Shown: positions 19,250 through 30,150, counted from the stretch's first letter. The stretch is DNA of 64,000 nucleotides from an uncultured Gammaproteobacteria bacterium (GCA_964503955.1 CAZDCG010000003.1:626-64625); one strand, 5' to 3'. A program made the numbers and translations. The notes: generated by a model not told the origin, from the sequence alone.

Positions 19250-20210
19250 GCGCGGAAAGAAAGTAGACAATGATGCTGCCCGTATCGCGCAAAATCGTGG
19301 CAAAGGGACCGGCGCTGACTGCCGGATCTTTTTTGAATTTGAAGAGGAGAACCGGCACCACCATGCCGATGATGACAGCCAGGATAATGGTTGCAAAGAC
19401 AGACAAGCCAAGCACGGCTGACGTAAAGGGATTTGCAAAAAGCAGCCAGGTGATTGACGCAATCGTCAAACTCAAAAGAAGCGCGATGCCGCTTCCAACC
19501 AGCAATTCCTTCTTTGCGTATTTTTTCAATCCATTATACTCGCCAAGCGTAAACGCGCGGATAATGAGCGTTTGCGTCTGCCCGCCAGCGGCATCTCCCA
19601 GATAGACAACTAAAGGAATGAAAGCGGCCAGCAGCAATTCCTGCTCAAGCGCGAAATGAAAATAGTCGATAATGCGCGCGGTGATCAGCCCGCCGCCCAC
19701 TCCCATGAGCAGCCACGGGATGCGGGCAAGAACAAGCACTTTCACCGAGGCCTTTTGCGGGGAGAGAATCGATTCATTGTCCACAAAGACACCCTTGGAA
19801 TGCAATAAATCGCGGGCATGCGCGTCATTGAGAATCTGCAGAATGCTGTCGGAAGGCACCACGCCAAGGAAGCGATTATGTTTGTCGACCAGTGGAATCG
19901 CTTTGAGATTGCGCTTGAGCGCGAGCTGGACAACGCGTTCTTTATCCGAATGCAGGCGGGCCAGGACCAGCTCTTTGGTCATGACATCTTCCACGCGGGC
20001 AGAGGCAGGATGGCGAAACACGTCTTTGACTGACAAAACACCTACCGGATGCCGAGCCTTGTCCAGCACATAGACGTAGTTGATGGTGTCAAACGATTTT
20101 GTTTTTTGTTTGAGCAGCCTGGCGACATCTTCCAACGTGCGCTCATGGTCCGTGACAGGGACATCCGTCATCAAATAATGTCCGGCTAGCTTTGAAGGGA
20201 GCGGTTTCAT
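19227..20210 (-). CDS. mgtE: magnesium transporter MgtE (CBS plus TM domain)
   Basis: CBS pair, ARIPWL, DPAVSAGPFAT. Confidence 0.9.
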   Translation of the reverse strand: MKPLPSKLAGHYLMTDVPVTDHERTLEDVARLLKQKTKSFDTINYVYVLDKARHPVGVLSVKDVFRHPASARVEDVMTKELVLARLHSDKERVVQLALKRNLKAIPLVDKHNRFLGVVPSDSILQILNDAHARDLLHSKGVFVDNESILSPQKASVKVLVLARIPWLLMGVGGGLITARIIDYFHFALEQELLLAAFIPLVVYLGDAAGGQTQTLIIRAFTLGEYNGLKKYAKKELLVGSGIALLLSLTIASITWLLFANPFTSAVLGLSVFATIILAVIIGMVVPVLLFKFKKDPAVSAGPFATILRDTGSIIVYFLSALILLSLF

Positions 20211-20290
20211 ATGCACTCAGTGTAGCATGGAGCGCCTGGTTTCTTCGATGAGATTCTTCTGATAGGATGAAGCCAATCGATAAGCAATCT

Positions 20291-21961
20291 ATGAAACGAT
20301 TCCTGGCCATTGCCGTCCTCATGCTTCTTTACCCTCTTCAGGGTGCTTTTGCGCAATCTTCCTTTTGGACGATTGAAGACTTTCATGCTGATATCGCGAT
20401 CCGCCAAGACGGTTCTCTGCTTGTGCGTGAATCCATTCTGGCGGATTTCAATATGGACCGCCATGGAATTTACCGCGATATCCCGGTCAAATACACCGAT
20501 GATCATGGGCAGCGGACAAGCATCAAACTCAATGTGCTCTCCGTGCATGATGCGGACGGAAACGCGTATGAAGTAAAGCAAGAGCGAAACGGGGATTATC
20601 TGCGTCTGCGCATCGGCGATCCTGATCGTACGGTGATTGGAGAACAGCTCTATGTCATTGAATATGAAGCAGACCGCGCGTTGCGGTTTTTTCAAGATCA
20701 CGATGAGCTCTACTGGAATGTCACGGGTGACGCGTGGGATACAACGATCAAACAGGCAAGCGCGCGCGTAACGATCTTTGCCGATCCGGGCGAACCCATG
20801 CAAACCCGCTGCTTCACCGGTGCGTATGGCAGCCAGGACGAGGCTTGCGAAATCACGGTGTCGTCCAATACCCAGGTTGAGTATGACGCAAATGATTTTC
20901 TGACCATTATCGCCGGCTGGCCCAAAGGATTAATCCCTGAGCCCACGGCAGCAGATAAGTGGTTTGCCTTTCTTCTGGATAATTACGGGTATGTGCTTTT
21001 GCCGTTGATGGCCTTTGCGTTAATGTTTGGCCTTTGGAAACGGTATGGCGATGATCCTGACGATCCGCCGGGGCTAGTTGTACAGTATGATCCTCCGGCT
21101 GATCTGACTCCTGCTGAAGTGAGTTATCTCATGCATCAATCGGTGAAACCGGAAGCTCTGCCGGCTGAGATCGTTCATTTGGCAGCCAAGGGGTATCTGC
21201 AAATCGAAGAGCTGAAATCCGACGCCTGGTTGAAAAAAGAAGATTATCTTCTCAAACGATTAAAACGGGACAAAGAGAGCAGATTACCGGCGCATCAACG
21301 TGCTTTGCTTGACTACGTCTTTGGCGAAAGCGGTGAAAGAAAGATTTCAGATCTCAAACCAAGCGAAGCTAAGCTCAAAACCATCCGCGATCGGCTGCAT
21401 GAGCGTGAAAAAGAAAAAGGATACTTCGTTGGAAGGCCGTCAAGAATCAAAGGCATCTATTTCAGCATCGGCAACTTCCTCATCTGGGGAGGGGCCATCT
21501 TTTTTGAGGTGTTCCCCATGCATCTGGCAATCGGTATTATTCTTTCAGGCGTAGTGGTAACGATCTTCTCGTTTTTCATGTCGAAGATGACACAGGAAGG
21601 GGTGCTTGCCAAAGAGCATGCGCTTGGATTTAAGCGGTATATCGACCAGGCAGAAACCAGACGCGTTCAATGGCAGGAAACGCAAAAAATCTTTTTTGAC
21701 GTGCTTCCTTATGCCATGGTATTTGGCATAGCCAAAAAATGGGCCAAAGCGTTTGAGGGAAGCTTTACCAATCCGCCTGAGTGGTATACAAGCCATTCAG
21801 GAAGTTTTAATAGCATCACCTTTGCCGATTCGCTCAGCAGCTTTTCTTCCGCCACCATTTCATCTGTGACACCGAAATCGTCAAGCAGTTCAAGCGGATT
21901 TAGCAGCGGCGGCGGTTTTTCCGGCGGGGGATCTGGCGGCGGAGGAGGAGGCTCCTGGTAA
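20291..21961 (+). CDS. DUF2207 membrane protein
   Basis: HGIYRDIP, ELYWNVTG, LPYAMVFG, Gly/Ser-rich GGGGGSW tail. Confidence 0.9.
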   Translation: MKRFLAIAVLMLLYPLQGAFAQSSFWTIEDFHADIAIRQDGSLLVRESILADFNMDRHGIYRDIPVKYTDDHGQRTSIKLNVLSVHDADGNAYEVKQERNGDYLRLRIGDPDRTVIGEQLYVIEYEADRALRFFQDHDELYWNVTGDAWDTTIKQASARVTIFADPGEPMQTRCFTGAYGSQDEACEITVSSNTQVEYDANDFLTIIAGWPKGLIPEPTAADKWFAFLLDNYGYVLLPLMAFALMFGLWKRYGDDPDDPPGLVVQYDPPADLTPAEVSYLMHQSVKPEALPAEIVHLAAKGYLQIEELKSDAWLKKEDYLLKRLKRDKESRLPAHQRALLDYVFGESGERKISDLKPSEAKLKTIRDRLHEREKEKGYFVGRPSRIKGIYFSIGNFLIWGGAIFFEVFPMHLAIGIILSGVVVTIFSFFMSKMTQEGVLAKEHALGFKRYIDQAETRRVQWQETQKIFFDVLPYAMVFGIAKKWAKAFEGSFTNPPEWYTSHSGSFNSITFADSLSSFSSATISSVTPKSSSSSSGFSSGGGFSGGGSGGGGGGSW

Positions 21962-22004
21962 ACGCAAAGCACCCCTCAAGCGTAAACTTTCGGGGTGCCG
22001 ACGC

Positions 22005-22715
22005 TCAGGAAGCAACCTTGAGCGGGATGGTGAAATGAAACGATGAACCCGAGCCCGGGATGCTGTTCGCCCAGATTCTGCCGCCCATGTGCAATACGAG
22101 CAGCTTGCAAATGTAGAGGCCCAATCCTTCGCCCAGGTAGAATTCACTGGCCGTGCGCTCCGCGCGAACGGATTTATCAAAGATCCGCGGCAGATCTTCA
22201 GGCTTGATTCCGATCCCATCGTCGCTGACGGCCATGTGCAGCATCGATTCCGCCAACCCGTAAGAAGCTTCAACGGAGATGGTGCCGCGTTCGCTGTATT
22301 TCAGCGCATTGCTGATGAATTCAGCAAGGATCCTGCTGATGGCGTATTCATCACCGATGAAACGGTCCGGGCAGCCCGGATGGACTCTGCATGCAAGGAA
22401 CATGTGTTTGACCGCCGCGCTTGCGGCATACAGGTCTTCGATGCGGCGCAGCAGCGTGAACAATGAGAAGGGCTCGGCGCGCAGGTCAAAATGACCTCTC
22501 TTGTAATGCGCTCTGGTGAAGATATCTTCCATCAAGGCACGCAGGCTTTCGATGCTGCGGATGGAAGATTGCGCGGCTCTTCGCACGTCTTCATTCTCGA
22601 TTTTGGCTAAAACGCTTTGCAAAGGAATAAGCGCCGCGTAGAGATAATTGCGCGCTTCATGCGAGAGCAGCTTGAGAAATTCTACGCTTTCCGTATCATT
22701 TTCTTCTTGACTCAT
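22005..22715 (-). CDS. sensorless histidine kinase (HisKA plus HATPase)
   Basis: LSHEAR, NALKY, DDGIGI, GEGLGL, GSGSSF boxes. Confidence 0.85.
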   Translation of the reverse strand: MSQEENDTESVEFLKLLSHEARNYLYAALIPLQSVLAKIENEDVRRAAQSSIRSIESLRALMEDIFTRAHYKRGHFDLRAEPFSLFTLLRRIEDLYAASAAVKHMFLACRVHPGCPDRFIGDEYAISRILAEFISNALKYSERGTISVEASYGLAESMLHMAVSDDGIGIKPEDLPRIFDKSVRAERTASEFYLGEGLGLYICKLLVLHMGGRIWANSIPGSGSSFHFTIPLKVAS

Positions 22716-22819
22716 GAGCTCTTCTCCCCACTTGTTCCAGCCCCAAAGAACCTGTATATCGTAAAAAGCAAACTTAGCCATGTCAACGCAAACGTCAATG
22801 TTTGTTGACACCTGATCAC

Positions 22820-23497
22820 ATGAACAAAATGAAAGAACGCCAAGCACGTATGATGCAATTGCTCAAAAAGCTGAAGGAATTGTATCCAAAACCTGCGATG
22901 GCTTTACACTATACGAACGATTGGGAATTGTTAGTGGCCATTATCCTGTCTGCGCAATGCACGGACAAAAAGGTTAATGAAGTCACTGCTTCCTTGTTTA
23001 AGAAATACAAGGCAATGGAGGACTATGCGGCTGCTGATCTGAACGAATTTGGGCAGGATATACGCCAGACCGGGTTTTACCGGAGCAAGGCCAAAAATAT
23101 TATCGCGTCTGCAAAGCTTTTGATGGAGCACTACCATGGCCGGATTCCCTGTGAAATGGATCAGCTGCTTGCGCTGCCTGGAGTAGCACGCAAAACAGCA
23201 AATGTGTACATGGCGCAAGCCTGCGGAAAAGCGGAAGGGATCGCGGTGGACACGCATGTTCGGAGATTTGTTTATCGATTTGATTTAAGCGATTCAATAG
23301 ATCCAAAGCGGATTGAACAGGATCTCATGCGTATCACCCCTCAAGATGAATGGGCGCATCTCACCTTGCGGTTTATCGATTATGGACGGGATTATTGTCC
23401 TGCGCGCAAACACGATTGCGACAACCACCCCCTGACCTTAATCTGGCCAGAGGCGGCGAGCCGCTGGATCTGGTCAGACGGCCGCAAAAATCATTGA
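22820..23497 (+). CDS. nth: endonuclease III
   Basis: ILSAQCTD, LPGVARKTANV HhH, IAVDTHV. Confidence 0.93.
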   Translation: MNKMKERQARMMQLLKKLKELYPKPAMALHYTNDWELLVAIILSAQCTDKKVNEVTASLFKKYKAMEDYAAADLNEFGQDIRQTGFYRSKAKNIIASAKLLMEHYHGRIPCEMDQLLALPGVARKTANVYMAQACGKAEGIAVDTHVRRFVYRFDLSDSIDPKRIEQDLMRITPQDEWAHLTLRFIDYGRDYCPARKHDCDNHPLTLIWPEAASRWIWSDGRKNH

Positions 23498-23541
23498 GCG
23501 CCGTCCGGAAGCAGGCCGCGGTGTGCTAAAATACACCTACT

Positions 23542-25584
23542 ATGTCCAAAACGGAGCGGCCCACACTTGAATCACCTCGCAAACAGGAAAGCGCCATCGG
23601 CAAAAAGCCCGAGGCCTGGCTTGCTTCAGGAATGCTCTTTGAGCAAAACGAGCAGGTAAAGACTGAGCTGGAGGCAATCAGCGAGGCGATTGCGCAAGAA
23701 GGGGGGCTCTCGACCCGATCATCCGAGCAGATCCGCGCATTGGTTGAGCTCATCGTGCAAGCGGAAGCTGATCTTGGAAAACAGCGAATCGCTTTGCGCC
23801 ATGCCTCATTGCAGGTATTACAGGCTCTCGGGTACGAAGACCGGCTGGCAGAAAGCATCAGCCGGAAGTATCTGCTTACCGAAGCGGTTGGCAAAGGCGG
23901 GGCGGCCGAAGTGTATGCTGCCCGTTCCGTGGTTGATCCAACGGGGCATGAAGATGTCGTTAAAATCGTGGGCGGACGCATGGTGCGCGATGCCAGCGGA
24001 GAAGCGAAAAATTTTGTTACGCCGGTTTTTGCTGAAATGCTGAAAGACGAGATGAAGCAAATGGCCAAGGTCCGGCATCAGAATGTCGTGCCGATTTATT
24101 TTGGCGAGCTGATCGAAACCGAGCAGAGTTACGGAGAAGTTGAAATTGAAGGCTGGTATGCCATGCCTAAAATTGAAGGAGGCGATCTGGAGTCGTTCAG
24201 CCGGGATGCATCCGGCGAGCCAAGGCCGCTTGCAACGGAGGAGGGGATTGAATTAGCGGTGCAGATTGCCGATGCTGTTGCGGCGATCCATGAAGCCGGA
24301 GTCGTGCATAATGATCTAAAGCCGGCGAATATTTTTGTTCAGCAGCATGAGGGCCAGCTCAGAGCCATGGTCGGAGATTTCGGACTGGCAAGAATGATTT
24401 TGGAACAAACACATTCGGTAATCGCGGGCTTTGATCAAGACAGATTCGGACAGGGAACGCCGGGCTACGCGGCTCCGGAGCAGGTGACAAGCAAGTACGA
24501 TCTTGATGATCCTCATTCCATCGAGCGTTTTATTCCAAAGCGCGATATTTTTGCGATGGGAGCAATGTTCTACCGGTTCTTTGCCGGCAAGGAAGCGTTC
24601 AAAGAACAGGGGGAGGGATATTATCGCGTGCTGGAACGCGTGCTTCAGGATGAACGCCAGGGCCTTGCGAGCCTGCGTCCTGATCTGCCGCCGGAGCTGG
24701 CCAGACTTGTCGACCGCATGCTTGATCGCGATCCAAGCCAGCGGCCGGATAGCGGGGAAGTTGCCATGCAGCTCAAACATATCCGTCTGATAGCCAAATC
24801 CGAACAGGCTCGCAAACAGCTGCTGGCGCAATGGCCTGAAGTAGAAAGCACGCAGCCCCAGCCTAAACGCCGGGAAGTATCGCCGACGCAATCTTCTCAA
24901 TCAAAACCAAGCTTGATTGCGCGGGGAAGACAATTTTTGCGCAAATTGCTTGGTCGAACTGAGACAACGCAGCCTATCCTTACGCAAAAATCTGATCCGG
25001 CTCAACCCGTCGAAGAAGTTCGCGACCAAGCGCCTGAAGTGCTGATTCCTCCAACCGTTGATCCGCAGGATCTGCTCGATGATCTGGAAGCATCATTAGA
25101 TCGGGAGCATCCGAAAACGGAATCGCCGGTTAAGGAAACCACTTGGCCAAAAGACAAAGAGGCGCAGCGGCTGCTCATTCGCGACGCAGTCAATTACGCG
25201 CAGGAACTCTCGCTTGAAGACTTGGAACAGCAAATGGGCGTTTCGCGTTCACGGCTGGCGCCAAGACTTGCGGAACTTATCCGCGACGGGGTATTGTTGC
25301 GCGATCCGGAAACCAAACGATATCGCCGCCGCGACTTGCAAACCGAGATTCTTGATGTTTTACATGAAATGCTTAGCGCCAAAGTTCCGGCTGAACGGGT
25401 AAGCGTGCATGATCTCATGGACGAGCTTGATCTTTCAAAAGAGAGGGCGGCCGATATCCTTGCGGCGCTTAACGAGCAGGGAATAGGGACGTTTTCGAAT
25501 ACGGAACAAACCTGGCTGGCATTTTCCCAGGAAGCCAAAGCATATCCGGCCCAAGCACTCGAGGAATTCTTTTACATGGCATGA
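23542..25584 (+). CDS. Hanks-type Ser/Thr kinase with C-terminal winged-helix-like repeats
   Basis: GKGGAAEVY, HNDLKPAN, DFGLA, GTPGYAAPEQ. Confidence 0.9.
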   Translation: MSKTERPTLESPRKQESAIGKKPEAWLASGMLFEQNEQVKTELEAISEAIAQEGGLSTRSSEQIRALVELIVQAEADLGKQRIALRHASLQVLQALGYEDRLAESISRKYLLTEAVGKGGAAEVYAARSVVDPTGHEDVVKIVGGRMVRDASGEAKNFVTPVFAEMLKDEMKQMAKVRHQNVVPIYFGELIETEQSYGEVEIEGWYAMPKIEGGDLESFSRDASGEPRPLATEEGIELAVQIADAVAAIHEAGVVHNDLKPANIFVQQHEGQLRAMVGDFGLARMILEQTHSVIAGFDQDRFGQGTPGYAAPEQVTSKYDLDDPHSIERFIPKRDIFAMGAMFYRFFAGKEAFKEQGEGYYRVLERVLQDERQGLASLRPDLPPELARLVDRMLDRDPSQRPDSGEVAMQLKHIRLIAKSEQARKQLLAQWPEVESTQPQPKRREVSPTQSSQSKPSLIARGRQFLRKLLGRTETTQPILTQKSDPAQPVEEVRDQAPEVLIPPTVDPQDLLDDLEASLDREHPKTESPVKETTWPKDKEAQRLLIRDAVNYAQELSLEDLEQQMGVSRSRLAPRLAELIRDGVLLRDPETKRYRRRDLQTEILDVLHEMLSAKVPAERVSVHDLMDELDLSKERAADILAALNEQGIGTFSNTEQTWLAFSQEAKAYPAQALEEFFYMA

Positions 25585-25652
25585 TCTATTCCTGAAACGG
25601 GCATATTGCCCGTCTCGGGAATAGCGATGACAACGGACCGGTAAGTCCATGG

Positions 25653-25964
25653 TCACCGCCGCGCGAATTCCTGGATCTGGCGGGCAAGCTCTCTCAGCTG
25701 AGCAATGCTGAGCTTAGGTGAGCCGAGCTCGCCGAAAAGGTCGCTCGTATGGTCGTCGAGGGTGAGGTATTCGTCCTTGTCTTGGGCCTTGATTCTCAGA
25801 ATCACCCGCAAATCCTGCTGTCCCTCCTCGCCCGCGACATGGAACAAGACAGCCTTTTTGCCTTGCTTCTTGAGGCGGGCGATGATTGCTGCGCACGAAT
25901 CGTCATCGGTATAAGACGTCAGCAGCTCAATTTGCGCCCTGCGTTCTTCGGTATCGTCGCGCAT
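25653..25964 (-). CDS. hypothetical protein
   Basis: AAAGGAGG RBS before ATG 25964. Confidence 0.7.
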   Translation of the reverse strand: MRDDTEERRAQIELLTSYTDDDSCAAIIARLKKQGKKAVLFHVAGEEGQQDLRVILRIKAQDKDEYLTLDDHTSDLFGELGSPKLSIAQLRELARQIQEFARR

Positions 25965-26076
25965 TTGTCCTCCTTTCAAATGACGACTTAGTCTTTTACA
26001 ATATATATACCATGCACGTCAACATTGACAAAAGTGCAAAAAAATGTTAATGTGGTCATTGTTTAAGACCGTGATT

Positions 26077-27366
26077 ATGATGAGCGCAGAAGAATCCAAT
26101 ACATTTGAACAGAGGGCGAATCATCAAGATGATATTGCTCTTATTTCAGAGCCTGGGCAGAAACCAGATCAGATAGGAGTTAATGATCTATTGGCCTCTG
26201 AGCTGAAGGGAGATCCTTCAGAGGAGAAGACGCAAGTCAACTCAACACCTCTTCCGGCACCTGACTTTGAAGATGACAGTCATTTCGCCGATCATGCATT
26301 GGCGGCCATTGAGCAGGTTAAAAAAGAGAAGCCGCTTCAGCAAAGAAACGAAGCATTTGAACAGCTCGCTCGTGAATCCGCGTCCGTATACGGAATTCCT
26401 GAGTCGCTGCACCAACATTTAACAAGGAGATTTGTTTTAGTCCGCCCTATGGCACAGGGAGGCATGGGAAAAGTATTCGAAGCCTATGACGCGAATCTGG
26501 ACATGCCCGTTGTGGTGAAATTTCTGAAAGTGCCTAGCTCTAACTGGCTTGAACGCTTCAAACGGGAAGCGAAGGCTACGGCGAAATTTGCTTCTCCATA
26601 TGTGGTTCGCATTTTCGATGCCGGCTGGTCTGAAGATGGCGCTTGGTATGCCATGGAAAAAGTTGAAGGCACTGATCTAAAAACCAGATTGGAGCAGGGG
26701 CAGATGCAAACTGCCGGAGACGCTGTAAAGGCCGCTTCTGATATTGCAAAAGGTCTGGTCCAGCTTGAAAAAGAAGGTATGGTGCATCGCGATCTTAAAC
26801 CGGCGAATATTTTGTATCGTGAAGAAACGGATACATATCAGCTCACGGATCTGGGATTGGTACATGTGAAGGAAAAGCCTAGTCTGGAACAGGGAGGCAT
26901 CGCTCTTGGCACGCCTTTCTACATGTCACCTGAATTGGCAAAGGGGCGTCATGATGAAGTAACTATCAAATCCGATGTCTGGGCTTTGGGGGTAACGCTT
27001 TATGAAATGCTTTCAGGTGAAATGCCTTTTAACGGAGAAAACAACATGAAAATACTGGAGCAGGTTCTCAGATCAACTCCTGCACGGCTTTCACATTTGT
27101 ATGATGTTCCAAAGGAACTAAGCGATCTCATCGCTCGCATGCTGGACAAAGACATAAGGAAGCGCCCCACACCGCAGGAAATCGTTGTTGAGCTGGCTCC
27201 ATTCCTGCAGCTGGAAACTCGCCTTCAGCAGAAAAAAGATATTTCGCGGGATGAAACCAATATCATCAACCCGGCGCATCAGCCAACCAAAGCCAAACCA
27301 TCGGACCGGGCCAAAAAAATTGATGAACGAGCCGATACGGTTACAAGAGTGAATATCAGCGAATAA
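26077..27366 (+). CDS. Hanks-type Ser/Thr kinase
   Basis: QGGMGKVF, HRDLKPAN, DLG, GTPFYMSPE, SDVWALG. Confidence 0.92.
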   Translation: MMSAEESNTFEQRANHQDDIALISEPGQKPDQIGVNDLLASELKGDPSEEKTQVNSTPLPAPDFEDDSHFADHALAAIEQVKKEKPLQQRNEAFEQLARESASVYGIPESLHQHLTRRFVLVRPMAQGGMGKVFEAYDANLDMPVVVKFLKVPSSNWLERFKREAKATAKFASPYVVRIFDAGWSEDGAWYAMEKVEGTDLKTRLEQGQMQTAGDAVKAASDIAKGLVQLEKEGMVHRDLKPANILYREETDTYQLTDLGLVHVKEKPSLEQGGIALGTPFYMSPELAKGRHDEVTIKSDVWALGVTLYEMLSGEMPFNGENNMKILEQVLRSTPARLSHLYDVPKELSDLIARMLDKDIRKRPTPQEIVVELAPFLQLETRLQQKKDISRDETNIINPAHQPTKAKPSDRAKKIDERADTVTRVNISE

Positions 27367-27393
27367 AAAAACCGCCCCTCAGGGCGGTTTTTC

Positions 27394-28179
27394 TTAGAGG
27401 CTTGCTTCGGTTTCGAGCGCCTCTTCGTAGTCTACATAAACATACCGTTCAACGATTCCATCCGCATTTTCCGCGGTCAAGATGAATTCAAGATACGGTT
27501 CTTCTTCTGAGTAGGCCGGAGCAATAAAGGCCGCGTCGGTCAAAGAATCTGTATTGAGCCAGGTTACTTCAGGTCCATACGCCTGTTCCCAGGCAAATGA
27601 CGTGCTTGCAAGGTCAGCTTCGGTTTCCGCTTTGAGCCAGACAATATTTCCAGCCTGCACATAGGCCGGTTCAGCCCATGCGTCCAGGACAAACGCGTCG
27701 CCTTCATAGTAGTAATCCTCCTCATCCCAGCTGAAGTCATTCAAGCCCTGGAAAAAACCAAGAAGGAAGAACGCGGAAAGTGATTCATCAAGATCGAAAT
27801 TCATCAGCTCCGCTTCAATTTCCGCTTTCGCGTTTTTTAACTCGGCAATCTGTTCGGGTGAAAGGCTGCCAAAAGCGGCCTCAAAGCGCGGGTCGTTCAC
27901 CTGCGCTCCAAGTTCAATCATGTCAAAAGAATCAGAAAGTACCTTGATGAACGCGTCGGAGAGCTGGCGGTAGCCTGCTTCCACTTCTTTCTGCTTGCTG
28001 ATAAAGGCCACAAAATCCTGCTGAGACCACAGGTATTCAGTTGGTTCCACGTGGATGTCGATTGATTCAAGAAAATCAATCACATTTTCATCATACGGAT
28101 TGATGGTGTCCTGCGCCTTGACCAGCAGAGGCGTGAAGGCCAGAACCGCGCTGAGAAGTCCCAGAAGGGGTTTTTTCAT
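27394..28179 (-). CDS. secreted acidic protein with C-terminal PKD-like domain
   Basis: signal peptide ending VKA; WEQAYGPEV...FILT pattern. Confidence 0.7.
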   Translation of the reverse strand: MKKPLLGLLSAVLAFTPLLVKAQDTINPYDENVIDFLESIDIHVEPTEYLWSQQDFVAFISKQKEVEAGYRQLSDAFIKVLSDSFDMIELGAQVNDPRFEAAFGSLSPEQIAELKNAKAEIEAELMNFDLDESLSAFFLLGFFQGLNDFSWDEEDYYYEGDAFVLDAWAEPAYVQAGNIVWLKAETEADLASTSFAWEQAYGPEVTWLNTDSLTDAAFIAPAYSEEEPYLEFILTAENADGIVERYVYVDYEEALETEASL

Positions 28180-28371
28180 AGGATAGAGTTAACGGCTTAA
28201 TGGCTAACGCGTTTTCGGGTTATTTCGCTGCTTAGGCAACTCGTAACTTGCCGCGCGTTAACATGTTAAGAGATACATTATCCTGAGAGGGTGCAAAATG
28301 GCAAATGCTTGAATCCGGGATGAGCCCGTGCTAGATTGCCCACTGTTCGGCGACAGAGCCAAGGAGGAAAC

Positions 28372-29142
28372 ATGTCTATTGTCGCTTCCCGGCTTGAGCC
28401 GGAAACGCAGGAACCTGTTCGCAGCCTGTTCCAGCATCTCGCGTACAAGCTTCAGCTCGCCAATGTGCTGACCATCATCCGCATCCCGCTGACGCTTCTG
28501 GCCTTGCCGTCTTTCCTGCAGCTGGCCATGCCCGGCTGGTGGTGGGGGTTCGGCCTCGTGCCGGTGGCGTCTGACTGGGGCCGTTTCTGGCAGGGGGGAT
28601 TGCTGTTCACAGCCGCCGCGCTTTGCGATCTGTTCGACGGCATGATTGCGCGCTGGTCCAAATCCACGAGCGCGTTCGGCCAGTTCGGGGATCCGCTCGC
28701 GGACAAGCTGATGAATTGGACGGTCTTTGCGGCCGCGTCAATCATCTTCTTTCCGCCGTCGTGGAAGTGGCTTGCGTTCTGGTATCTCCCGCTCTGGGAG
28801 ATGGCCAAGCTCGACCTTGCTTCACAGCGCAAGCACTGGCGCAATTACCGGGAAGCGCGGCGGACCGGGATCCGCTGCGACGGGCATGGCGCCAATATGT
28901 ATGGCAAGATCAAGATGTGGGCGCAGCTTGCCGCCATTATTGTCTGCCTTGCCGCGCTCTGTCCGATCTCGCAAGGGAAAGACCCGTTCTCGGTTCTGTC
29001 CAACCGGTTTGTTGCCGGCATCCTTGCGGCCGGGCAGCCATTCGCCTGGGCATTTCTCGTGCTGGCCTGCGCGCTTGGACACTTCTCGGTCCGCGTGCGC
29101 ATACAGGCGCCCTCGCGCTTTGCCGAAGCAGCAACAGCATGA
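28372..29142 (+). CDS. CDP-alcohol phosphatidyltransferase family protein
   Basis: ANVLTIIR, DLFDGMIAR...FGQFGDPLADK; AAGGAGG RBS. Confidence 0.9.
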   Translation: MSIVASRLEPETQEPVRSLFQHLAYKLQLANVLTIIRIPLTLLALPSFLQLAMPGWWWGFGLVPVASDWGRFWQGGLLFTAAALCDLFDGMIARWSKSTSAFGQFGDPLADKLMNWTVFAAASIIFFPPSWKWLAFWYLPLWEMAKLDLASQRKHWRNYREARRTGIRCDGHGANMYGKIKMWAQLAAIIVCLAALCPISQGKDPFSVLSNRFVAGILAAGQPFAWAFLVLACALGHFSVRVRIQAPSRFAEAATA

Positions 29143-29356
29143 ATCAAGGAGGGAGACGCGTTCATCTGGCAGAAGCCGGGTGAGCGCGTTTTCCGTTGAA
29201 AATGTGCCTTTTCAACATCATGATCGTCGGACGGGGGCTCTGTCCCCGTCCTGTGCCCGCAGGTCGCAGACAGAGCCTGCGACCGACTTGGTTCGTAACA
29301 GATTTGTAATTTGCAGGAGTTATCTGATAACTTGCTCATAATAAAATGTTCAACGT

Positions 29357-30085
29357 ATGAAAAAGTTTTTAATCCTGCAGCTTCGTCCAAACCGCGCGGG
29401 AGATTTTGAGTACAAAGCATTTTGCGAATACGGCGGGCTGCGTGAAGAAGAAACGCATCGTATTGAGTTGACGCAAGAGAGTATTGCGGGCATCGATCTT
29501 GATGCTTATGCCGGCGTTATCGTTGGCGGAGGAGCGCCTTGCGTAAGCGACAAAGACAAGTCTGATATTCAGAAACGGTTTGAAGGCGAGCTGGCGAATC
29601 TGTTTGCAGAGATGGTCAAACGGGATGTTCCATATCTTGGCGCCTGCTATGGATTTGGCATTTTTGCCGACTATCTTCAGGGTGTCGTTGAAAAGAATCC
29701 CGCCTGCGCCGAAGATGTTTCTGCTGTTGACATTACGCTGACGGAAGAAGGGAAAAAGGATCCGTTAACCTCCGGTTTGCCTGAAACGTTCAAAGCCTTT
29801 GTCGGCCATAAAGAATCCTGCACGAGCCTGCCCCAGGGAGCCGTGCTATTGGCAAGTTCAAAGCGCTGCGCAAATCACATGTTCCGGTATCAGAACAATA
29901 TGTATGCTACCCAATTTCATCCTGAGCTGGACGTTGAAAATATGCTGGTGCGCATTGAGGTATACAAACATGACGGCTATTTCAAGCCGGAAGACGCGCA
30001 GAAGCTGACCGATATGGTAAAACAGGAGCAGGTGCATGTACCTATGCTGATCATGAAACAGTGGGTGGATCGGTACCGCTCGTGA
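29357..30085 (+). CDS. class I glutamine amidotransferase
   Basis: LGACYG nucleophile, QFHPE. Confidence 0.9.
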   Translation: MKKFLILQLRPNRAGDFEYKAFCEYGGLREEETHRIELTQESIAGIDLDAYAGVIVGGGAPCVSDKDKSDIQKRFEGELANLFAEMVKRDVPYLGACYGFGIFADYLQGVVEKNPACAEDVSAVDITLTEEGKKDPLTSGLPETFKAFVGHKESCTSLPQGAVLLASSKRCANHMFRYQNNMYATQFHPELDVENMLVRIEVYKHDGYFKPEDAQKLTDMVKQEQVHVPMLIMKQWVDRYRS

Positions 30086-30150
30086 GGTTGACAGCGCCGC
30101 GTAAAAGAGGTACTTTGATCAGCCGTCCAGATGCGGCAAAGGGGGCTATC

